From Takakia lepidozioides (taxonomy: Eukaryota; Plantae; Bryophyta): a DNA stretch of 64,000 nt. Location: assembly GCA_030704615.1 (NCBI GenBank), contig CM060733.1, positions 20,460,001 through 20,524,000 on the forward strand, written 5' to 3'. Shown here in pieces: positions 12,427-25,000 of the stretch; positions within the stretch are counted from its first letter, which is position 1; the number at the start of each line of letters is the position of its first letter. A program made the position numbers and the translations under genes. The notes under the pieces were generated by a model that made no database searches, was not told the DNA's origin, and saw only the letters and a program-made list of their open reading frames with translations.

Positions 12427-13949
12427 CTCCCAACCTTCACTTGTTGAAAAGGACGATTGGAGGCACCAATTGGAGGCACCACCGTTCTCTTCGATCCACC
12501 AGATCTAGGACTAACCTCTCTTTTGTTACTTACAAAAGGAAACGCGGGAGCTACTGATGCGGCAGGCTAGTTATATTACTCTCCGTTCTGCCCTAGCATT
12601 ACCACCTCTCTGCTACTGCAACCAGTGGCTTCTTAGCTTCTACGCTAGTTTTAATCTGCGATTCCACTGCTTGAAGGCCTAGCCTTTCTTAGTGGCTTAT
12701 CATTTCTTAGAGAGTCTTCTAGTGGGGCGACAGATCCTTCTGTTTGCTTTCTTTCCCCCTCTTTGGTTTGTTGGTCACGAAGCAGAGCTTTCCTAGATCA
12801 GCCTCCATGGCACCCTTGAAAGAGGTTATTTTTTCCTCTTGGTTCTCTCGTAGTGAACTCTTTCTGTTATGTTCATCGCCGTTATTTCGCCCTATTGTAT
12901 TTTTCGGACTTTCATGTCCTTTATTTATAAAATTCTGAGGCCTCCGTCCCTCTTTAAAAAAAAAACAAAAAAAAAACAAAAAAACAAGAGCATCTGTAAG
13001 GTTATTTTTTCCTTACCTTTTTTAACCCCTAATGGATGACGCTACCCGAAACGGGCCGCGTCAGAAATCAGAAATCGATTGGATGACCTTGGATGAAAAA
13101 ACTTCCTGAATGAAAGTTGTGCGCCGTGACGTCATGCACCTACCTGTCTTTATGGCACCCTAAAATAATAAAAATACTGCCGTCAGTAATTTTCTTAGTG
13201 TGAGGGGTACCCAATTTCGGGCCATCCAGCTGCTTTGACTTACCGATGTGGCAGGATATGGGTGGCATGTACCATGAAAATTCATTTTGCATGTAGATAG
13301 GTTAGAAAACTCATCTATGCATGTAGATAGGTTAGAATGCTTCCAAATTTTTTATGGTAGCGAGTTTCCACGCAATGAATAATATGACCAGAGGTATTCA
13401 CCTTGTGATGAAAATTTGGACACATTTGAGGCAAATTTGGGGTCAATTGTGATGGATGGTCTTTTTGACCCACCTATTTTCCCATACAAAGCAACCCTCA
13501 TGTGGATTTGGAATTTGGTTCTGGTATTTTAGCCCAAGGTGCTGTACATTAGGCAATTAAAATCTGGATATGCTGTATCAATGAAATTCATTTTGCCAGG
13601 CCAATTGCTTGGTAAAACCATTTTTTCACTCCAAAACTAGAGCACAATAAACATTTACAGCTTGCATTTTTATTATAATATTCGTAATGACACGGTGAAA
13701 TCAACTGAAATTTTTACAGTAGGTTCCTGAAGTAGTATTATTACTTTCATATGGTTCATCCCCCTGGATGTTTTTCAAATGTCAGATATGCCCAAAGCAA
13801 ACATGAGGGCATGTTCCGTTTTGGAATGGGCCCACAAAAAACAGGCTCGTCCTTTAGGGGAACAAACGCATGGAATAGATGTTGCAAGCCCTGCCTTATT
13901 GTAGTTACAAATTGGTTGTAAAATGGTTGTCGTAATTTGGAAGTTTGAA

Positions 13950-14650
13950 TGCTAAGTAAATGGGTTTGTGGTCGGTCCAATATGCTTCTTTTGTTCCAGA
14001 CAAACAATGTTTGCGTAGGTGAATTAATCCATATATGATCTAATTGAGAATTATAATCTATTATAGGTTCACTGAATGTAAGATGAAAGTTGTAGTTTTT
14101 CATAAATGAGTGAAGTGAGTCAGATTCTTTGTTGGATTTGTGAAGATTGATATTAAAATCTCCGATAAAAATCGTTGAACAATTTTTCGGTGCTCGATTA
14201 TATAAATTTTGCAAATTTTGTAAAATGTTGTGAAGAGAAAGCAAAGGAGACTTATATATTGCAATGACAAATATGGCTCTACGGGAATTGGGATCGAAAG
14301 ATGCAGCAATAAATTCTGCACCATTGTGTGTTTGAATTTCGTAATTTTGAAGCGAGGTGGTTTTATCATATAGAATGGTTGTTCGGTGTTCGTCATAACA
14401 TGAAACTCTTCAGAAGCGGTCGTTAGGTACAGATAATGACCGATTTTGATTCTTTTGATGTAAACGAGTTCATTTAAACATAAAATATGAGATGTTCGTA
14501 GGCTGTAGTCGTCCATAATATCACAATAGCGATTGTGCATTGAACATTTAACGATGGAATGATAACATGTGTGCAATATAGTAGTTGCAAATTTGATGTG
14601 GACAGGTTCCATCTGGCAGTTGTTTGAAGTCTATTTATTTCGTCACGTAT
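13950..14650 (-). mobile_element. Degenerate AP-endonuclease fragment, probably the C-terminus of a Helentron/Helitron-like element
   Basis: Motifs across frameshifted ORFs: IRDEINRLQTT, DIMDDYSLRTSHILCLNE, IFIGDFNINL and SQLDHIWIN. No RT follows downstream. The region is AT-rich. Confidence 0.6.
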
Positions 14651-16271
14651 GAGACTCCTTATTCGCTTCGGATCCTTTATAAATTCGGTGTCGACTCATA
14701 CGGCGTCGTAATGGAATATAACGAACTCCATTCCAAATGTAATTTTTGGTAGAAAAATCATACACATCTTGTAACATTATAGGAATATATAACTCGTTGT
14801 AATGGAATATACTAACCCTCATGTTTGTGCCAACCCTTGTCTCTTAGCAATGAAATGAAGCGGAGAGGCAAATAACTTAGATACCGAGCTAGCCCCTACC
14901 ACCACCTGCAGCAGCCTACCTCTACCGTCAACGCCGGTAGCGAGCCTCCCTCAAAAGTTATGCTTTCATTGCCTCCATATTGGCCTACTATGCGTCCTTG
15001 CCTAGCTTTTGCAACCTCCGGTACAGCCCTACGCCTCCCCTACGCTCCATCTGGTACAACCTGCCATGCGCTCTCCAGCTTGTGTTACAATTCTAAGCGA
15101 CTACGCAGCTACGTTCTAGCGGGACCCACTCCCTCAAGAATGTTCTCCATCCTAGAACATTCGAGAAGTCTCCAAGTCACCTCCCATACGGCAAGTGGCA
15201 CCCATGTGGGGCCATGACACGTACCACATTCTCTAGAATGCAGACCGCCACCTCTTTTCGGACACCTCTTAAGTGTCCGCTGGGCTTTCGCTGATTTTAA
15301 CTTTTGAACGTTTGGGGCAGATATGAGATCATCCACATAGAATTTTTTGTCAAGATATAAATTTTATCGTTACTTTATGCGCGATAAAGCTATGTATGTC
15401 AATCCGTGTCTGTTCATGTTTGTTGGGTCAAATGTGAGACGGTCCATCCAGGTCAGTTCATATGCTCTGTGTATAGTACGTGCTGTTGCGAGTTGAATTG
15501 GGAACTGAGTACGAGTTATTACGTGGTCAGGATTATCCGTGAATTAAATTTTTTTAGTTTCTGCTGCAATTGGAGTCCAAGATTTGTATATGTCGTTGTT
15601 GTTTTGGTATATGTGTGAGTAAAAAGCTCGTGTTTCATGTCCTATTCGTTCATTAGAAAAATATATCCAAACTTAGCATGTATGGTGATGAAGTTATGCC
15701 ATGTTTGAAAATTCATTCAGCTCCATTTACTAAACCATCTTAGATGTTATAGTTGTCTCCACACAATTCTACTAGCATGTTGGGTTTCACATGCACAAGA
15801 AAGAGCAACCTAAGGTCTCTAGTTCTCTGAATCGTTTTACCAGTCTGTATGAAACTTGCAAACCTTACCATGACATTGACTTTATGGGCATTATTGGAAT
15901 CCGCTGGGGCTTGTACTCAAGGCAAGCGGATCTGCTGATTGTATGGCCGGACTTGTCGATATGGAAACCCATTAGAAGCCCGCCGGGCCCGGGCTTGTGA
16001 GGATATTAAGATTTTTGTTGTCCGGCGGATATGCATAATCTATGCTCATTTTTGTGTTGCCGGTCATGTTTATAAAGGGTTTGTTGTTATAGAAGCCGGG
16101 CTTTCGGTCGTGTGTAAGGGCATGTCATGAATTTTATTTAATATATATATATATATATATAAATGACTTCAACTTCTCTAAATTTTTTTGGGCCACCCTT
16201 ATTTCATTGAAATCACCAATTGTTGAAGTACCTCAGTCATGATCTCCACCTTTATTGGCTCTGTCCTGGAA

Positions 16272-16612
16272 GGGATAGAGGCATTGTGGAGACTTCTTGC
16301 CTAGGCGGAGAACGGAGAACTAGGCTTATCCATTAAGCCTATAGAGAACTAGGCTTATCCATTAAGCCTATAGAGAGATAGAGAGAGCCTAGTCATTAGA
16401 GGGTTGATGGGACCCGCAAGGGATAGATGCATTGTAGAGACCTCTTTAAGGAGAGAACTCGGCTTATCCATTAAGCCTAGAGAGAGAGCCTAGTCTTTAG
16501 AGGGTTGATGGGACCCGCAAGGAATAGAGGCATTGTGGAGACTTCTTGCCTAGGCGGAGGAAGGAGAACCAGGCTTATCCATTAAGCCTAGTCTATGGAG
16601 GGTTGATGGGAA
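16272..16612. repeat. Imperfect tandem array with four palindromic GGCTTATCCATTAAGCC units
   Basis: Palindrome copies at about 16323, 16352, 16461 and 16572. Repeated blocks GAGGCATTGTGGAGACTTCTTGCCTAGGCGGA and GAGGGTTGATGGGA. Confidence 0.85.
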
Positions 16613-16959
16613 TGTTTCATGAAGCCCTAGAAAAAGTATAAAACAACAACCACAAAATAACCAAAGGACGAGCCTCTTGTGGCGGAGCCGCTTGTTTCGT
16701 TAACTATCACTAGTCATCACCAACCTGGGCCTGCCTCTTCACATGCCCTCCTCCTCTTTATTCCACAAGCCCGGTCCACCCCTCCCACACCTCTAACCCG
16801 CCTATGCAGGTCTTTTGGCGGGCCTCCCGGAGCCCTAACCCACCTATACAGGTCTTGGGGCGGCCCCAGGAAGAAACAAACCCACCTAGGCAGGTCTTGG
16901 GCAGGGTAAGAGGTATGGATGGGTCCGGCGGTCAGGGCTGGACATACCCCGGTGCATAC

Positions 16960-17892
16960 CAGTGTTGTACAGGTCCGGGTTTCGAAGGCGGGTACCCGGC
17001 GGGTTAGGATCCGGGTTACCCGCACCCGCACCCGTGCTATCACAAAAAAACCGGACCCTAACCCCCGTTCATTTCTAAAATGAACCCAGAACCGGAACCG
17101 GACCCGCCTGCTGGGTCCAGAACCCCTTAAACCAGCTACCCGCGGGCCAATGTAGCTGGTCAGGTCTTAATTTTAAATGGGGCATGTGGGGTCCACCTTA
17201 GATTTGGTAGGTTTTGTCATATGTGTGGAGGGGACCAGCAGCAATAGGCCACTGCAGCTGCTAGCCCCACCACGCTATAGCCCAGTGGTAATGCCCACAC
17301 ACCACCTCAAAAGCCGTTGTGGGTTCAATCCACGGATTGGTGTCACAAAGTTGTGCCCTTTGGGACCATAATTTACACCTCCCAAAGGAGGCGTCATATA
17401 TTATTATTAGGCCAGATCCCACACATCCATGCTATAGTGATCTACCCTTGAGGCATATTACTATTCTTAACATGTTTAAAGAATTGATATTGAAAAATAG
17501 AAAATGGAACTCAAACTTCTATTTAATTTCTATTCGTGGTATACATATTCATATTCATGGTATATTTTGAAGAAATTTCTCTTAAAATAAAATTCATTAT
17601 TAGGATTTAAAGTTTTTTCCAGCCAAAAATAATTTTATCCCTAATTAATCTTATTTTTCTAATTTATTTAATCAATAAATTAGGACCCTGATCCGAACCC
17701 GTGAACCCGCTAATATTTCCCAACAACTACCCGGACCCTAACCCCAGTCCGTGTTGACAAACCCGGACCCGAACCCGGACCCGGATTTTCCAAATTTCAA
17801 AAACCCGGATCCGGACCCGGACTTGGCTCCGAAAAAAAACCCACACCCGGACCCGGCGGGTTCCTTAACAAGGCAGAACCCGCACAACACTG
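16960..17892. mobile_element. Non-autonomous hAT-type element (MITE)
   Basis: TIR CAGTGTTGT / ACAACACTG. 8-bp TSD GTGCATAC at 16952-16959 and 17893-17900. Many subterminal ACCCGG/GGACCC motifs. Confidence 0.9.
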
Positions 17893-18039
17893 GTGCATAC
17901 CCGGCTCTACCTGTGTACCCGCCCTTGGACCTGGCTATCCAAGCATAAGGATCCTTTCTTCGCCAATCTTCGAAGCTTGGTTACTCTCTCTATCTCTGAC
18001 CAGAAAATGGAATTTGAAGTGAAATGATGTAGGTACTGC

Positions 18040-18307
18040 CAGTTTTTTTTTTTCTTGAATTTGAAGAAAAGCATGAGTGGCTACAGAGAAAACATAGCCA
18101 TACATTCTGTTCATCCATTGAAATTAGGACAGAATCATCCATTTCCGTACATAAATCCATTTATATCATCCATATTTGGGGAATTCATCCATAATTTATT
18201 TTTCATTTGGAGAAATTTGGCGATTTCATCCATGAAAAAACAGAGAATTTGCGACAGAATATTCCCTTTTCTTTCCCTGATGTCGATATTTGGCAAAAAA
18301 AACGCTG
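18040..18307. mobile_element. Short hAT-type MITE
   Basis: Ends CAG(T)n ... (A)nCGCTG. 8-bp TSD GGTACTGC at 18032-18039 and 18308-18315. A homologous copy lies near 58114. Confidence 0.8.
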
Positions 18308-19041
18308 GGTACTGCCAGATGGGAGAAACTGGGCAAAGACATTTGGGCGAAGGGACCAAGCACCCATCATTTACATATACCTTCATTTCTTCTAATGTGT
18401 AACGGTCAAAGTTTCTGAAAATGTACGGTCAGCTTTTGATTTTCTTAAACGGGCAGGTAGGAAATTTGCTGGTCGTTGATGGGTAGGTGCAAATTCAGTC
18501 CTTTCAAATTCCGGACCCGTCGCATTATAAAGGGTACAAACGTACGTACCCCGGCACCTCACGCGCCGTCGATGCTTCTATCTAACGGCCGCGTTCCCAG
18601 TTCCCGAACCGGGACCCGTTTTAGGGCATGGATGGTGCACTGCGAGTGGTCCAGGGTTCGATTCCTTGTACTCTTCTGCGCGAGCCTTGTCTTGCAGCAC
18701 TGGACTCTGTCTGCGGTGTGAGAGAGAGAGGGAAGGGGAAGGGCAGCCTGGTACAGGCTGTGACTTGTTACCCTGCTCTCTCACCTCTGGGCCTGCTTGC
18801 GAGGTCTCTTAGGGTTGCATCGTGTTTGTAGGGAAGATCTTGTTGTGAAGAATTGAAACCCTCGGTATGGTGTGGATGTGCATGTAGCAGAATGTGTCGC
18901 GCAAGCGGAAGTGGAGTATTTTGAGAGAAAGTTGGTTGTTTCTGGTGTTGTCTTGCATCAGACCTCACTGAGCCAAAAGAGTGGCAGAAAGGGGCGGATA
19001 TATTTCCGTTGGTGCTGTGTTGGAGGTTGTAGAGACTGGCC

Positions 19042-22000
19042 ATGGCGGATTCCGGAGACGAAGAGGAATATGAAGAGCGGGAAGATGTGAGAGACGACGA
19101 AGCCAGGCTTGAGGACGACGAGGATGAGGAGGAGGAGGAAGGTAGGCCCCTCTATCCCGTTGCTGTGTGTGTGTGTGTGCTTCTGTTTGGAAGCTTGGCT
19201 TCGAGTGGTGGGATGTTTAGGGTTGGAGGGATTCTCTTCCTACTCCTGGTGTGAAGGTGTCACCTAGTTTGTGGATCGATGTAGAGGTTATGCAGATTTG
19301 GAATCTCATATCTTTTGGGGGCAATGCTATAGAGGAAGGTGCGGATGAATATGAGAAAGATGGCTTCATAGTAGATGAAGAAGAGGAAGAGGAGGACGGG
19401 GAGGAGGCAAGAGTAAGCAGCGACGAGGAGGCGAAGACAAAGAAGAAAAAGCGAAAAAAGCGGTTGGTGCCACACCTCTTTATGTCGAGTGTGGGTTGAG
19501 TATATAGCATGGCATTGGCTCTTTTGATCTAGTAAGACAATCTGGAGTGTCCAAAATGACATAGCTATATCGTTTGATTTGTGGGTGCGATCCCCTGTTC
19601 AACCCAACCCCGGATCCAAATCCCCTTAGAGTGAGGGTATTGGCTACATTGTTTCGCCTGGTTGTACAACTTATGAGTTCTGCCACAATTAGGTTATGCT
19701 ATGATACACAGTGCCTCAGCCAGTTCACAGGGTTTCTGGTGACACTAATTGGAGTCGGGTGTAAAGTGCTTCACCTACCTCACACATTTTTGAAAGTATC
19801 CTACAATTGTGGGAAGTAAGCATGGGTTCACCTCATTTTGAATATTTTCAGAGGGGAGGAGCACTATGAGCTTGATGAAGATGATTATGAGTTGCTCCAA
19901 GAAGCAAATGTCACAGGTTTCCATCGCCCGCAAAAAGCTGTAAGCACTACTCTATGTTTGAAATTGCATAAATTCAGCTAGATATGCTGTGTTGGCATTC
20001 CTGGGCCTGTCACTTTGTGTCTCGTTTTTCTTGTTTGCATTTTGTGGATGTTTATATGCTTGGCAATTTGTTCAAGCTCAGGCTTGGAACTCAAGTACCC
20101 TTGTCAACATGTCCAGGTAAAAAAAATTCATGTCTAAATGCCTCACCAAGCTCGGTCCCATTAGCTCACTGAGCCAAATCATTGACACAGCTTGTCCGCA
20201 GATATGGGTTGTTATTGCAGTTACAAATGTGAGGTGTACATGATTTCAAGACCATGATTTTGCATTTGGGGTTATGTCTACAGTACCACTGTTTTGTTTT
20301 TATCTTTCCCAATTATAGATTAGCATAGTCTACTTTGCTTCGTCCGGTCCTCTCCCGTATTCCCTTGTGTGGTAATTCAGAAGTTTTGGGCTCGTGAAGT
20401 AGATTTCTCTTATCATTCTTTTCTCTTGCGTCCGCCCAAACTGTGTTCCGCTTAAACTGACCGTGGGGTCATGCCTACAAGGCTACGGCAAACAACCTCT
20501 TATGAGGTTACATTCTCTTGCATCCGCTTGGATGTCATTAATGAGGGGAGGATGTGGGGGATGCTTGTCTGGTATTTGCCAAGCAGGACACTAAAAAGAA
20601 ATTCAAGCGGTTGAAAAAAGCCGGAAGGGTAGGGGGTGAGAAGGACAGAGGGGCTCAAGGGCTTTCAGATGAAGAGGATGATGAAGATGGGGGTGGGCGG
20701 CGGGGCCGGACTGCAGAGGAGGAACTGAAGAGGTCCCTTTTTGGTGATGATGAAGGTAGTTTGTGAAGAGAGTATGTCTCTAGTAGTTTTCAGTACCGAT
20801 GTGCAATGATTTATATACTTCTGTAGGAAATGTCTCTGAAATAGAAGTCCTATTGCGAGAAATGAAATAGGAAAACTGGTGTACTGATTGCCCCCCTATT
20901 GCTGTGGGTTTCTAGGCTTGTTTTTCGTTGCTTTATGGAGGGATTCTCTTCAGTTCAGCAGCTGAAGCAAGTTCTTATTGAAAGTAAACCATTAGCCTAA
21001 AGCAATTGTCTATGGCTTATGTGTGTTCATTTAGCGAATTGGTATTTGGTAATTGGGCAGGTGTCCCTCCTGAGGATGGAAGGGAGGATGAACAACTGGA
21101 GGAGGAAGAAGAAGAGGAGATTGGGGAAGAAGATGATGAGATGGCAGACTTTATTGTGGATGAAGAAGATGTGGACGAGCTTGGCCAGCCTTCTCGGTAC
21201 CTTGTTATTTCCCTTTGTGAACCTGGGTTGCTTCAACTCATCCAGGGGTGTTTATCTAGGTTCCATCTATATTTGTACTTTTCTTGACATATATTGGGTT
21301 GATGCCTATGGCCCTCACTGATGAGTGGAGAGGGTTGGAATGTAAGGTAGGTTGCCAGCTTTGTTCATTCTCACTCTTCTATTCTTTTCAAGGGTTGTAG
21401 TCTTTGCTTAAGTGAGTGTTGGGTAGTCTCAACCAACTGGTCTCAACCTTGGGGTGTCTGTTGAAGGCGGAGAAAGGTTAAGAAGAAAAAGGGGTTCCGG
21501 CAAGCCCCCGGAATAAACTCAATAGCACTGCAAGAGGCTCAGGAAATTTTTGGAGATGTCTCATCTTTGTTAGAGGAGCGCCGAAAGCGCGAGAGAGATG
21601 CAGCAACTGGATTTGATGACAACGAGAGAGATGAGGAGGATGAGGATGCAGAATATGGGAGAGGGCGGCGAGCCCCGCCCCAAAAAAGTTTGGAAAAACA
21701 GTTTGAACCAAGCTTGCTTGAGGAGAAGTTTCTGACAGAGAGGGATGATCGTCTTCGAGAGATTGATGTACCTGAAAGGCTTCAAGTATGTGGGTTATTT
21801 TGACTATTTACTGTACTAACTGCGGAGCTGGTCAGGGAATCCAACCTGTATATGAGAGTAAGAAGATAAGGCGGGTCTTATTTGTTTGGGCTTTGATACC
21901 TAGGTGATGCTGTCAGAGCAGAGATGTTACGGAGTTCCCTTTTTTTGCCTTTCTTAGAAGTGGACGAGATGTACAAGGACTGACACCGATCAAAAGGATG

Positions 22001-25000
22001 ATCAGCACAGCTTCACTTTTCAATTAAGAGTATCTCTGTTTCGTGTGACTGCAGCTACTGGAGGAAAGCGCGGGCTCTTTCCCTCCTTCTGAGGCTACTG
22101 CAAGGGAGGCTGATTGGATATTTGACCGAGCATTTGGCCATTTGGCTGCTCCCCCGCGTCCTGAATTTGGGCGTATCTCCAAATTGGAGAAGTCTGATGT
22201 TGTTAAGCAGATTGCAAATGTGCTTCAGATGTTACACGAGGACAAATTTGAGGTGGGTGTTTTTGATATTATGTTGTTTCTGCATGAACTAAGGAGGTGT
22301 CTTTTTGCGTTTGTGGATGGGGTTTTGTTCTGCAACCAACTGTTATATATGACTTGGATGTTGGTTTTGCCACAGTTGCCTTTTATTGGGATGTATCGTA
22401 AGGACAAATGCCCAAATCTTTGTTGGGAACCTGTTGATGACTACGATGCAGAGGATAGACCGAAGCTATTTCACTACAAGGTGTGTCTTCAGTTGTTAGT
22501 GGTCTTGCTTGGATTAGGTTCCAGTTTGAGTTGTCTTGCTATTTAGTACGTTCAAAGTGTAGTGGCATCGTGGTCAAACAGTCTTTGAGTCTGGACTTTC
22601 AACCAGGTGTGTTTTCTTTACATTTTGATTTCAAGTTGCTTGTAGCATGTTCAAGTTGCCCACTAAAAAGATGTTTGTATAGTTTGACTTTGACTGAATT
22701 TGGTACTTATTTGTTCTTCTGCTTGTATGGTTGGGCAAACTTTGTTCTTTCTGTCTGGCTGTCCCAGTAAGTCTTGGCAGGTTGCTGCTCTTATGGCCCG
22801 TCCTCCTCTTTCAAGCTTTTCTGCATTCTTATTGGTCATTCTCACGTGATCTCTGGAGGTGTGGTTGCAGGCCTTGTGGGCAGTGCAGCAGTGGGATAGA
22901 AAATGGCTACTCCTCCAGCGCCGGAGAGTCGCCCTTCAGTCAGCTTATGAGAAGCGTATACCAAGTGATACTAGAGAGGATCCTGAAAAAGAGGAGCTTG
23001 TGGAGAGGCTGCTGCAGGCGCTGGCAGATTCCTCATCAGAACAGGCAATAGATGATGTGGATGCAAAGTTTAACCTCCACTTCCCACCTGATGAAGTTGA
23101 AATTGTCGAAGGGGGGTTCAAGCGTCCAAAACGGCGATCACTATACAGCATCTGTCGCAAAGCTGGTCTCGGGACTGTGGCAAGGCATTTTGGTCTTAGC
23201 CCCGACCAGTTTGGCGAGAATCTTCAAGCTATGTACAAGGTGGAATTCTTGCCATCTCCCTCTGTCTCTGTTGTGTTTTCTCTTGCAAATCCAGTCTGGT
23301 CCCGCAGAAAAACTATATGCTGTGTCCCACTGGCGCTCCAGGCCTCCCCTGGACGTAAGATATTTCTTGTTGTCCCATAAATTCTTATGGTGCCCAGTCA
23401 ATTTATGACCGATTCCTTTTGCCCTTTTCTATGCATGTGTGGTTGAATTATGGCCAGCCACATGCAGCTTTATTCCCAAAGGCCAGTCCCTCTGGAGGGA
23501 GCCTTCCGCGATGGTTGTGGGTCTCATTCTGCTCTCTGTCCCCTGTTCTGTCGCTTCATTATGGGTCTACGCCCACAAGGTTCCTGGATAAAAAGTAGGA
23601 CATTGGTTCCATGTGGAAGAGCTTTGACCCTTCTTGGGGTCAATTCTCAGGCAAAGATGTGTCCAATTGATGCAATGGTAAATGAGTTCTCCTGCAAAAC
23701 TTGCATCAGCTCCCTTCCCAGAGGTAATTTCCAGCAAGCCTTCCATTATTGTAGGCCTGCAATTCCTCCCCCTGATCCTTCTCCTCTCCTCTTCTTTCTG
23801 CTGAATGGTAAGTGTCTGCTGAATGGTAGTGCTTGTTTTTGTTGCAGAGGCATGAAGTTGAGGATGAAGCATATTCACCCGATGAGCTTGCAACCAAGTT
23901 TGTCAGTACCTCTAAGGAGAAGGACGGCGAGTTTAGGGATACTCAGTCTGTGCTACGTGGTGCCCGACACATGGTGATTCTTTGTCTCCCCTCTTTCCCA
24001 TGGGCTCTCTGGCCTCCATGGACATCATAAACTTCTGTATTGCCATGATCCAAAGTGTTGTGTGGGGGTTTCATCTACACTCCAGCAGCCGCTGCTTGTT
24101 TATCTTCTTCATGCAAAAAATGAATATCGACTGACTGATTAAGGCATTTTCACATCTTCAGGTAGCGGTTGAAATCAGCGCAGAGCCGGCAGTGCGGGAG
24201 TATGTCCGTAACATCTACACTGACAAGGCGGTGGTCAGCACCAAGCCAACCCCAGACGGCAATAATGCAATTGACTCTTTCCACGAATATGCAGGCATGA
24301 AGTGGCTCCTAAACAAACCCGTCAGTGCATTTGATGATGCACAGTGGCTTCTTATCCAGAAAGCTGAAGAAGAAAAGCTTTTGGAGGTCACAGTTGGGTT
24401 GCAGAAGGAGGTGATGGGAAACACACTGATGCAGGAGTTTGAGTCGTTATATCTGAGTGAAGGTGTGAGCCGTACTGCACAGCTATGGAATGAACAGCGG
24501 AAGGACAATTTAAGGGATTCATTGTTGACTCTTCTACTCCCGTCAATGGAAAAGGAGGTCCGGATGGTGATGGCAGCACGGGCTAAGCAATGGGTGGCTG
24601 TGCAGTGTGGGTCAAAGCTTTGGAGTAAGATTGCTGTTGCCCTTACCTACATCGAACACCATTGACCATGAAGACCGAATGGATGATGCATTGGCCCCTC
24701 GTGTTCTAGCCTGTTGCTGGGGTGCAGGCAACCCAGCCACCACATTTGTGATGCTGGATGCAGCTGGCGAGGTCATGAATGTGTTATATACAGGGTACCT
24801 GAATATTCGTGCTGTGAGTCCTGAGCAGACAGCACGGAAGAAAAATGATCAGGACCGGTTGCTTCAGTTTATGCGGGACGATCAACCCCATGTGGTTGTG
24901 TTGGGGGCCGCGAACCTGCAATGCCGCCATTTGAAAGCTTCTATTTTCGAAGTATGTTATCGTGCCATCTGTTGCTCAACTTCTTCCTCTGCCATGAAAT

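Larger units (their letters stand above)
5602..12985 (+). mobile_element. Near full-length, degenerate L1/Tx1-type LINE (5'UTR, ORF1, ORF2, 3'UTR, A-rich tail)
   Basis: ORF2 carries EN motifs (SWNVRG, LQEHK, NIYAP, GGDFN, DRVY), RT motifs (KSPGLDG, LDFEKAFD, RQGCPLSP, YADD) and a zf-RVT motif (CTSC...HCLFEC). An A-rich tail lies at about 12956-12985. A possible TSD AACAAGAG occurs at about 5594-5601 and at the tail end. The 5' boundary is tentative. Confidence 0.9.

Noticed and set aside
16272-16612. CRISPR-like array or hammerhead ribozyme repeat
   Set aside because: Spacers are mutually homologous and irregular, the context is eukaryotic with no cas genes, and there is no CUGANGA/GAAA core.
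17751-17948. PD/PN-repeat peptide ORF
   Set aside because: It is a translation of hAT subterminal ACCCGG repeats.
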